A stretch of DNA of 64,000 nt from Macrostomum lignano (taxonomy: Eukaryota): the NCBI GenBank assembly GCA_002269645.1, contig NIVC01003167.1:1-64000 (forward strand). The letters run 5' to 3'. This document shows positions 26,514-37,957 of the stretch, in pieces. Made by a program: the position numbers and the translations under genes. Within the stretch, counting starts at the first letter, position 1; each line of letters opens with the position of its first letter. The notes under the pieces are model-generated. The model saw only the letters and a list, made by a program, of their open reading frames with translations, was not told the origin of the DNA and searched no databases.

Positions 26514-26566
<53 letters not shown>

Positions 26567-28408
26567 AACACTACTACTCGAACTAATACAACTACTAATG
26601 ATACTAACTACTTCTAATACTTCAACTTCAACATACTACAAACAGTAATAAAACATACCAGAATCTGAATTTGCATCCAAGTTCTTATGCAGTTGAGCAG
26701 GGCCAAATTTTACGCCAGCCGGTTGACTGCCGGCCACAGAGACACCACCGCCGCCGCCGCCAGCGCCGCTACTTAAAGCTGGAAAGTCTTCAGCACTTCC
26801 CAATTGAAGCTGCGGCTCCGCGTTTCGGGGTTTAACAACAGCTGCAGCGTTAGTACTACTATTAGTAGTTGAATTTGCATTGCAAACTCGAGTTACGCTT
26901 CCAGTTGATTGCTGAGAAATGCTACTACTCACAGCAGTAGTAGTAGTGGCCTTACTGACTACAGTAGCAGGAGCAGCAGATGATGTGCTGGTGAGCACCT
27001 TCAATACGGAGCTGCTGTTGCTGCGACCGGCGCGATAACCGTGATTGGCGTGACGACGGTGTGTCGACGCTGCTGAACTGCTGGGTTGTCGAGATGGCGG
27101 CGCTGGAGGCGGTCCAACAGGCCACTGGTAAGGCGGCGGCGGCTGAGGCAGGACTGCATTCGACACGAAAAAGAATTGCATCAGTAATTAGATTTCTAAT
27201 ATCTACAAAAACTGTTGTCTATACTCACGGGTTATAATTAGAGAGATGCTAATTAAAGAGTGCAAAGTATGAAACAAATTTTAGTACGAGCTAATTACTA
27301 ATAATCTTAGTATTATTAACAAATAATAATTATAAAAACATTGAGTCATTTACCTGAATAATTTGGTCCATAGTAAAACACTGGCATGCTTGGAACAGGT
27401 GTTGGCTGTTGATCTGGACTAGCATATTGGCACATTGGTCCATTGTATGGATCTGGAGGTCTAGTAGTAGTTTATAACAAATATATTAAGGATAGGTCTG
27501 CACAGAACACTAAGTCATCTTAGAGTCCAAAGTCAATAAAGTTAGAAAGTTAGAAAAAAATCTAATAAACAGTAAACACACAGTCAAAACTCCTAACTAG
27601 CCAGTAGCCTCAATAGATAGAATTACTTTGATATTATTATTATTATAAGATTTTAATAACATTAAGAAATGTACATATCAATAAGAAATTTATGTAATGA
27701 TTGGCTTTTTAAAACTAATTTTGCATCCTATATAAAATAAACAACACCTATATTCTTACAAAAAAATCTAATATTTTAGAAAATAATACACAATGTAATA
27801 TGCTTAAATCTTAAAACTTACTTAGGACTAAGGCCTTATTTTACTATGACATTTTAAATACAATTTATTCTATCATTTTTTACATTCTAAAGCACTACAA
27901 AATATCTATTTTAAATATATATACCAATACTAGGGCTTAATTCTAAGAGCCAATTTAATGAATATAAGGAAATAGGCAATAATTTTTTAGGAATAGATTT
28001 TGGCCTTTAATTTGAAGACAAAACTTAGGACTTTGGTCTTAAAATTAAGTTGCTAGATTATTTATTAGTTGCTAGAATTAAAAAATTATAATACTTTCTA
28101 CTAGTAATATTTTACTGATACATAGAAAATTTGTTTTTAATTTCTAATTAAATTAAATTAGTTAAATTAATTTCTAATTAAAAAGATTTTTCCAATGTGA
28201 CATTAATAAAGATAGTTGGTAGCATCATTTTTTTATAGTTAGCTACACTGCTAGTGCTGTTTTTTGATAGAGCACTTTGCAGGTTTATTGATATAGGACA
28301 TTTTCTATTGTCTATTAGCCTTTTATTCAATTCTACTTAAATTCACATATTCATTCTTAGGTATCATGCTTGGGTGCAACCTAGGGATTCTCATAGCCAT
28401 TTTCATTG

Positions 28409-28497
<89 letters not shown>

Positions 28498-30419
28498 GTC
28501 GCTATTGGATAGAATAGTAGTCATATGACTACTCAGCCAATAGCAACTTATATGTATGTTGCCAATAGAAATGTACAGGTGATTGCCAAGTATATGCATG
28601 TATGTTAGGCCTTGGGACATAGCCAAAGGGGTGGGACACTAGGGACATGTCCCCCTTGAAAGAAGGAGGATTTTTTATTGCCTTTGTATTGTGTTTCTAT
28701 TGCCAACATTGGTGATAGATTCATATATCTATTCCCCCCCCCTGACATGAATCCTGGTTTTGCACCAAGGGCTAGTTAGACCTAATGGTATTATAAAACA
28801 TGTTATTATAATATTAGTACTAATATATTAAGATACATTAAGCAGTTAGGCTAAAGGGGCCTAGGGGAGTATAATATAGTATTAAACAAGTGCACAATAA
28901 GATGCACAATAATGCATAATAAGATAATGCATAACAATAAATTATTTGTTTCATATAGAAATCATAGGGTCTAGGCTTAGATCATTAAAATTAAATTAAA
29001 ACATGTATTCCTACTCCTATATAGTAAATAAGCTTTGTTATCAACATTGAAATAGCAATCTAACAAGAATTTAAGACTATTCTTCTAGATAGGCCTACAA
29101 CTCTTAATTATAAATTTAATTATAAGCTCAGGGGCCTTCAAAAATTGCATAAGAATAATAAAAACTAGGCCTAACTAAACTTATTTTGATAATAAGCTAA
29201 TAGTGTTTTAATTTTTATTTGATAAAGAAACACATAATGCCTTTTAACTATTAAGATCAAGTTAAATATTTTCTAACTCAACTTAAAAATATTTTATTAG
29301 GCCTAGATTTGCTTCAAGACAAGATGGTATCTTAGTAGACCTTCAATAAATCTATCTATTCAATAATCAACATTTATTTTAATTCTAAATTTCTTTATAT
29401 GACTAAGTTGAAATTATGAAATGTTCATAAAGCCTAATATAAATAAATTTTGTTTAATAAACAAACCATAAATAATTGTAGTTTATTGAGAAAAAAGAAA
29501 TAAAAACATCTAGTGATCTTCCAGTTTGTTTCATAATATTATCTTCAAGTTTGAATTGATGTTACAATATAGGCCTAGCGCTTATAATTCAGATCATATA
29601 TTAGTATACACCAAGTTTAATGCTAGAAAAAATAATAAGACCTTGTTTATACACCAAATTTATGCACCAATATAAAAATTTGTTATTATTGTTATTTGTT
29701 ATTTGACACAATGTATCTGCTGTCATGTACACCTAGATATACCCTAATGTATACTAAAAATGGTAAGACTAAGACCCCTGTTGAAGTTGTTGTATGCTGG
29801 GAAATCCTAGTGTATATCACCTTCCAAACTATGGCATAGTGCCTCTGAATCTAAGCACTAGCTTGATAGAGAAGTAAATGGAGCAACAGCTAGAGCAGTA
29901 GATACAACAGTAGATAGAGCAGTAGATAAAGCAAGAACATTTTTTGATACTAGTTTCCATCCCTCTTGACAATAAATTTCATTTTCTGCTATGGTATTAC
30001 ATTGCAGCACCAATCAAAACTTGAAAAAAATATAGCACAAGACAAACTGGAAGATTTCCAAAGATCCTGTTTTGTTTGTGGATTTTTGCTTCAAAACAAT
30101 TACAAAAATTCTCTTTGATCAAGTTTAGGCCTAATGCTAGGGGGCCTATCTTATAATTAGCCTATTAGAGCAAATAAATACTAGCTAGAGTATTATATAA
30201 AGTTATAAACTATTCCAAAAGGTCGAAAGTCTAGACTAAGGCATACCTGAAATAGATACCAGGTGCAGGCGGGTTCCCTGGGATAGTTGAATTAGATACT
30301 GGTCCTTGGCCATGCACATAGCTATAATTTAATGAAGGCAAAGCATTCACTGTAGCTGTAGGCGTAGCACCAGGTTCAAATGGAGTCGCATTGATATTTA
30401 GCCCTTTAGCTTTTGGCAT
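22471..30419 (-). CDS. SECISBP2: SECIS-binding protein 2 (SBP2/SBP2L family), ~853 aa, 7 coding exons
   Basis: Exons 30247-30419, 27354-27460, 26659-27153, 25296-25740, 24232-24522, 23407-24003, 22471-22924, phase-consistent GT-AG. Motifs: [19 protein letters not shown] (SID), HSRRFREYC, and the L7Ae domain [15 protein letters not shown]...[13 protein letters not shown]...[11 protein letters not shown]. Confidence 0.95.
23000..23395. repeat. Degenerate ACAAAGACC(C)ACT minisatellite, SBP2 intron 6
   Basis: Recurrent ACAAAGACCCACTAACTCTCTGGG...ACCTACAGCCG. Confidence 0.85.
24565..24935. repeat. (TCTG)n microsatellite, SBP2 intron 4
   Basis: Direct reading. Confidence 0.98.
25855..26640. repeat. 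(CTA)n microsatellite with periodic CGATTAA interruptions, SBP2 intron 3
   Basis: Direct reading; source of the poly-Ser ORF. Confidence 0.98.
28412..28492. repeat. (CA)n microsatellite
   Basis: Direct reading. Confidence 0.99.
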
Positions 30420-30820
30420 TACAATGCTGCTCTGCTGCAAGTGCAGCAGTTAGTGAACAACAAAAAAGAAAATAAAACTTCTAGGATTGAGATATTTATC
30501 AGCCAAAAAACAATCACTAGGCCAAAATATTGTTTCTTGGAAAAAATAAAGTTAAAAGTCTTACCAACATAACAAATAGCTATATGCTTTTACAAAGTTT
30601 GATTTTTTTACCTTAAAAGCTGTCAGTTTTTACAAGTTTTTGTTTTTTAGAATGAAATAATAGAAATTGCAACATCAGTGATAATAAACTAGCAGCCTTA
30701 CCGTTTGATTTTCATGGATGCTGATGCATGCATGTAAAACTATAGAACAACTGATTCTCGGGAACTTTTTGACGCACGATTGTATTGAATAATTGCATTA
30801 AAACATTTTAAACGTAAGTC

Positions 30821-33221
30821 ATGGAAGAAGAGCAACTCGAGGATCACATAAGGCAATCTTACCAAAATTGCATGAGTCAATTAAATGCGTGCAGCTCAAA
30901 ACAACAACAATCATCTGTGTGGAGTAGCACTGCGCTGGAAAATTACGAGTTATCTTCTGGTTTGGAGCTGTTGACTCAAGTAGATTGTCTTCTTGTTCAC
31001 CAACAGATTGAGTTACTAGAAATTTTGACCAACTGGGAGGCCAGAAATCGATACAGAATTAAAAACAGCGCCGGTGAGCAGCTTCTCTACGCCACTGAAG
31101 AATCGGACGTCTGCGCCAGGCAGTGCTGCGGACCCCAGCGCAGCTTCATCATGCATATTTGTGACATCACCGGCGCGGAGGTGCTTCGTGTCAGTCGTCA
31201 ACTGAAGTGCTTTGCGTGCCAACCGGCCTGCTTCTGCTCTGCAGGACTCGAACCCTGTTCACACGAGCTGCAAGTTGAGGCGCCTCCGGGAACAGTCATT
31301 GCTCGCGTAAGGCAGCAGCGCTCCTGCATGCAACCGCGCTACGAAATTCAAGACGCCACTGGGCGGTCAGTTCTTTTTATTCGCGGTCCGAAATGCATCT
31401 GTCGCGGTCCGTGCTGCACTATGGAGAAAGAATTCAAGGTCAGCGTCACAGAGTTGTAGTCTTAAAAGTACACATATAACTGCACTTTGATATTTTAAAA
31501 GTTAATGTATAGTTGAAACTTAATTATTTGGCTTATAAAAGTTTAGCGCGGCGCTTTGACCTCCCAGCGGCCCAAGTTCGATTCCAGGTGCAAGTCATAA
31601 ATTTTGGGGCTAAATTGGAATCTCAGTTTGGATACTCTTGTGCAATTAACGGCCTTGAGGGCCAACCCCCCAAGGCATAGTGAAGTGTACATGCCTAGCG
31701 ATAAATAAAGTTAGGGCCGCTGTACACTCCAGTGTGAGTGTGTGCCTGTGCGTACGTATGACTACTTTTTCTGTTTGTGCTAGTAGCTAATACCGTACTG
31801 GGTGCCGAGGACCGGCCTGCCTTAATCGAACGCATCCGGGGAAGCGTCTTTGTGTGATCGGTTATGCGGACGACCTTGCGTTGCTGTCTTCAACAGTCGA
31901 AGGCGCCCAACGGCTGCTGGATGGCTTGACGAAAGCGGCAGGGAGACCGGCCTCACGCTGAACACGCAGAAGACTGAAGCATTTACTGTGCCGCTGTACT
32001 ACCTGCTGAGATCACGTATCGAGATGCTGCCGGGTATGAGACCCTGCTTCCACACCATGCCGACATTTTATGTACCTCCGTGAACTCGTGCCGGACATCG
32101 GCAGAGACATTAGAAGGAGCTCGGCTGGCCATGCAGGGCCGCGTTAAGCTCGGCGCAGACGGTTTCGGACAGTCGTCGAGTCTACAACGCTGAGACCTGG
32201 ACCATGACGGATGCCCAAGGAGAAACAGCTGGATGGCGCGTGTTGGACGTGCGCTGCGGCCAGGGCTCGGAATCCAACGCCGCTGGCCAGACTCAGACTC
32301 AGAGACAGGCTGGGTGGCCATATCATCTGGTCAGTCGAGAGCCGCTGCCGCGAGCCGTTACACGACCTGCTGTTGTGGACGGCGCATGGTCCGCGAAGAC
32401 GAGGCTAAGGGCGAACGACGCGCTGTCCCGAGCAGCTTCTGAGGAATGACTCCTGGCTGGGGGGGAGCTGACTTTTTGAGAAGTGCTGAGAACAGAAGTT
32501 TTGAAGCTTTGAAGAATTTTTGAGAACAGAAACTTTTTGAGGCGTCTGTTCTGACACCTCACCAATCTGTGCCCACTCGTGGCTGGCGGTACATGATGTG
32601 CATTTTGTTGGTGTATAAATGCGTACGCATCCGCGCGCTTGCAGTGTGCCTGCTCAGGGGAGTCGGCGGAATGGGCAGTAGTGCCTCTCGCCGGTTGTGT
32701 GACAATGTTGCTTAATTAAAGTGCGCCAGAGTGCACACAGCCCCTTCTTTAATAAATAATGATAAAGATGGCAATTTACCGAGCCATTGATAAAGAATCC
32801 TGGATAACACTGCAATAGGCCTGAATAACTTACATGCTCATGTACACACGTAATGCCCATATTGTTTTCTCCATTTTGCAAAGTAAAAACTGCACATTCG
32901 AGCAAGCGATGCTCGTAGGAATTGTTAATTGAATTGGACATCGTGCAGCAGATGTCGTCAAAGAAACTCGTTTGAAAGATGTTTTTCAAGAGATTCTACG
33001 GTAGCGCAATTATCCTGATTACGGAAACTCCTGGAAATTCTACAAACTTATTTTTGTGCTCAACAGGTCTACTCCATGGGAATGATAGACGAAATCGGAT
33101 ACATCAGCAAGCAGTGGGGAGGATTTGCTCGCGAATATTTCACCGATGCTGACAACTATTCCGTGTCCTGTAAGTCCTCATGATCCTACTCATTCTCGTT
33201 GTTATCATTATTGTGCATGGA

Positions 33222-33270
<49 letters not shown>

Positions 33271-36200
33271 TAATAATAATAATAATCATCATCATCATCA
33301 TAATAATAATCATGATAATCATAATAATAATCATCATCACCCTCGTTGTAATTGCCTCGCAATATTATTATCAAATTGTTCTAAATAGGCGAGTGAGTTA
33401 TATTATAAATGTACATCTTGTGTCGCATGAGTCATGTACGCCGTACGCGTAAAACCTCAAATATATATATCGCTAACCTGGCCAGTTAGGGCCCCATGCT
33501 TGATTTTCTCGCTCAGCTTAACACGCGGCCTTGAGACTTTACAGTGGCGTCGCAAGCAAGCCCACTTGGTCCAGTCACTCATGGCTCAATTCATCTCACT
33601 GCCACCCCCTGAGCAATTCAGCACTAGTGCAGATCAACAGAATGCCGGTAAACGCTGGAACAAATGGTCCGATCATTTTTGTGACTTTATCGAAGCGTCA
33701 GGCATCAAAGACGAAACTCAGAAGTGCAAGCTCCTGGCCTACACGGCCGGCAGAGAAATCGCGCAAATCATTAAAGACCTGCCAGATGACAAGAAAGACA
33801 GCCTCGAAACTCTGCTCGCAGCAATAAAAGAGCACTTCAAGGAGCGCAACAACATCGTATTTGCCCGCTATCAGTTTCGTCTATGCGTTCAGCAAACCGG
33901 AGAGCCAGTGGACTCCTGGTACTCCCGACTCAACTCAGCGGCCGAGACATGCGAGTTCTCAGCACTCAAGGACTCCCTAATCAGAGATCAGATAGTGGCG
34001 ACATGCTGCTCCGATAAACTTCGGCGAAGATTGCTGCAGGAGTCCAACATCTCTCTCGGCGATGCGTTGAGACAAGCGCGCGCGTTTGAAGCAGCAGAAG
34101 AGCAGGCCACGGCCATTGAGAACTCCAGTAGCATCGCAGCAGTGCACAGAGCGGCACCGAAGCAGTTCAGAGACAGCGGAACGCGCCCGAACAGTCAGCG
34201 GGTCCCTGGCGGCCAAGCAAACAGCGGCCCAACCAGCTGCTATCGATGCGGCGAACGCGGGCACAGCTCATGCAACGCGGCAAAAGGCAAAACCTGCCTG
34301 GCATGCGGCAAGCCAAACCATCTCGCCAAAGCATGCAGACAACGCAGGCCTCAAACAAGCTCCAGCATCAACGCCGTAGCGGACAAAGAAGCTGAGGAGG
34401 TCTTCATCGATCACGATTCGCTAAATGAGGAGGCCTTCACTATCCAGTCGCAAAAAACGGCACCTAGACGCAACTCCGCCAACACTAATCTGAGGATCGA
34501 GGGCAAGGACTTCATCGTACTCGTGGATAGTGGAGCCAGTTGCAACGTCATGAGCGAGGAGAACTTCCGGCGGCTAAGAAATGTTCGACTGCGCAGCGCC
34601 ATCCATCCAATTTTCAGCTACGGGTCCACAACGCCTCTCCAAGTCCTGGGTGTCGCTGACCTCAACGTGAGCACCGCAGCTAGCAGACAACTAGCTTCAT
34701 TCTACATCACCAAAGGCTGTGGAACCACACTACTCGGTCGAGAAACCGCTTTCAACATGGGAATTCTGCACATCCAACATCCAACAGTTGAAGTCAACTC
34801 GGTGCAGCCCACGGAAAATCTAGCCGCATCAGGTATTCAAGAGCTGTTCTCCAAGTACAGAGATGTCGACCAAGATCTTCCAACCGAACTCCGCATCAGC
34901 AGCATCCTTGGTGAGTTTCAGTCAATCTTCGAAGGCCTTGGCTGCGTTAAGGGCGTCGAGGTCGACGTTCGTCTTCGACCAGAAGCTGTCCCAGTCTGTC
35001 ACCCACCCTCCAGAGTTCCCGTCCACCAGCGGTCGGCGGTCATCGCGGAACTTCAGGCTCTCCTCGACCAAGGAATCATCGAGCGCGTCAACGGCCCGTC
35101 ACCGTGGGTCTCCCGCATGGTTGTCGTCCCGAAAGAAGGCGGTGGCATCCGCATCTGCCAAGACCTGCGCGACGTCAACTCATTTGCCGTGCCAGAAAAG
35201 CAGCCCATCCCAACCTTTGAAGAGATCACGGACGAAATGGCGGGTTCCACGGTATTCAGCGAGCTCGACATCGTAAAGGCTTTCCACCAAATTCTTGTCA
35301 AACCGGAATCCCGTCACGTCTTCACCTTCAGCACCCCACTGGGTCTCATGCGACTGACCAGACTCAGCATGGGATTCACCAACGCATCCGAGATATTGCA
35401 AAGGGTTATGACAGGCGTCCTGAGCGGCCTTGACGGTGTCCGATGGGCACACGATGACATCACCGTCTTTGCGAGCACGATGGAAGAGCACAACATCCGA
35501 CTAAAACAGTGCTTCAAGCGCCTACAAGACCATGGAATCACACTCAACCCGAACAAGTGTCGCCTGGCACAGCCTTTCATCGATTTTCTTGGTATGCGCA
35601 TCAGCGCACGAGGCGTTCAGCCTGCAGCCGAGAAGATCAAGGCCGTCAAAGACTTTAAGGAGCCAACAAATGTGTCAGAGCTGCGCTCATTCCTCGGTTT
35701 GGCCACCTACCTGTCCAGGTTCGTTCCGAACTTCTCAGATCTGACGCAGCCAATGCGAGAACTGTTAAAAAAAGGTCATAAATGGTGCTGGTCAGAAAGG
35801 CAACAAGAAGCATTCCTGCAAACAAGAGCAGCGATCTGCAAGGAGAGCGTCCTGGCCTTCTTTGACGTGAATCTCCCAACAGAAGTTCATGTGGACGCCT
35901 CACCAGTCGGCCTGGGTGCCATTCTCAGCCAGGTGGATGAGAAAGGCGTTCGCAAACCGGTCGCCTTCGCCAGCAGGTCGCTCACGCCAGTTGAGCAGCG
36001 ATACGCCCAAATTGAATGCGAGGCGCTTGCGGTGAAATTCGGGTGCTTACGTTTCGAGCACTACCTCAGCGGCTGCCCAGATCTCACAGTCATCACGGAT
36101 CACCGCCCATTAGTCCCGCTTTTTCAACCTGGTTCCAGGCCTCCACCAAAGATTGAACGGATGGCTTTAAGAGTGCAGCACCTCAAATTCAAGCTCATCT

Positions 36201-37916
36201 ATCAGCCGGGGCCACAGAATCCAGCGGATGTCCTCAGTAGACAACCTGAAATGCAGACAAAGGACAACCCCGGGGAACTCCTGGACAGACGCTTCATCAA
36301 CGCAGTCGCCATCGGCTCTACTCCGAAAGGACTGAACTTTGCAACAATTCAGGAGGCTTCAAAGTCAGACGGCACGATCCAAGCAGCTCTATCAGCTCTA
36401 CGAACTGGCCAATGGGACAAGCAGAACAGAGAACTGCGAGCCTTGTCCTGCCTGCAGCAGGAGCTTTCAGAACATGACGGCGTGCTACTACGGAGCTCGT
36501 TGATCGTGATCCCGAGCAGCTTACGTCGGACGGTGCTCCAGCTGGCACATGCAGGCCACCAATGCTGCCGAAAAACTATGGACAGACTGCAAACCAAAGT
36601 CTGGTGGCCAGCGATGAGAAGCGACTGCCAGGCGTTCGTCCAGTCTTGCCTTCCCTGCCAAGCGACATCGCCGAAGAGCCTCGCACCGCCACCACTCTCA
36701 CCGTCGCAACTTCCGGACGGAGCATGGCTGGTTCTTGGAATGGACTTTTACGGCCCAGTCCAAGGGAAAATGCTCCTGGTGACAACCGATCTGTTTTCAA
36801 AATTTCCCGAGGTCGACATAGTCAGCTCAACATCAGCAGAGGCAGTGCTTCCGCATCTCCGGACTCTGTTTAGCAGATACGGCATCCCGTTGGAAATCGT
36901 CAGCGACAATGGACCTCCGTTTAACTCGGCAGAATTCACAAACTTCCTCTCAGAGTTCGGCATCAAGCATCGCCGGATCTGTCCGCTGCACCCCGAGGCG
37001 AACGGAGCGACCGAGCGAGTCAACAGGTGCATCAACAAGGTCATCAGAGCGGCCATCGCAGAAGGACGCAACTGGCGCACCGCACTCGACGACTGGCTGC
37101 TCGCTCATCGCGTCACTCCGCACTCGGCAACCGGCGTGGCACCAGCCGAACTGCTCATGGGCCGAGCTCTCAACGACGGCCTCCCGTCAATCCAACCATC
37201 GCAGCCTGTGCAGCACGACCGCGCCGAACTCGCAAAGCGCCACGAGGCCTACAACAACCAGATGGCAGCAGGTTTCAACCGCTCCAGGAGGGCCAAGGCA
37301 GCCAATGTCAAGCCGGGTTCGGCGGTTCTCCGCAAGCGGACGAGACGCACGAAAACTCAAACGCCTTTCGAGCTCGAACCCTGGACCGTCACCGACAGGC
37401 GAGGCGATTCCTACGTACTGCGGCAAGGCGACTGGACATGCACTCGCCACCTGACGCACATCCGGCCTCTGACAGCGACCGAGGACCCACCACCAGAAGC
37501 GGACGCCGGCGCCGCCTCGCCGGAGCGCGGCATTGCTGAGAGGCCGCACCCGAGAGCGGCCAAGGACAAGCCTATCAGCTACAGAGTTTGACGGGTTTTG
37601 ACGGGTAACTGGTGCTAAGGGCTGAGACAAGTGTTTTTTTACCCTTAATGTTTTATTCCTTTTTCCTTATCCTTTTAATCCGCATTTTTGAGCTTTTTCG
37701 TTTTTTGGGGAGAAGTGTAATTGCCTCGCAATATTATTATCAATTTGTTCTAAATAGGCGAGTGAGTTATATTATAAATGTACATCTTGTGTCGCATGAG
37801 TCATGTACGCCGTACGCGTAAAACCTCAAATATATATATCGCTAACCTGGCCAGTTAGGGCCCCATGCTTGATTTTCTCGCTCAGCTTAACACGCGGCCT
37901 TGAGACTTTACACTCG

Positions 37917-37957
<41 letters not shown>

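Noticed and set aside
25854-26567. 237-aa poly-Ser ORF
   Set aside because: It is the (CTA)n intron of SBP2; the flanking exons splice in phase without it.
33434-33580. N-terminal 49 aa of the 1385-aa ORF call
   Set aside because: This segment lies in the 5' LTR and PBS; the plausible start is the ATG at 33581.
37400-37715. env gene or chromodomain after the integrase (both elements)
   Set aside because: The integrase C-termini are short, and only ~125 and ~230 bp of non-coding DNA precede the 3' LTRs.
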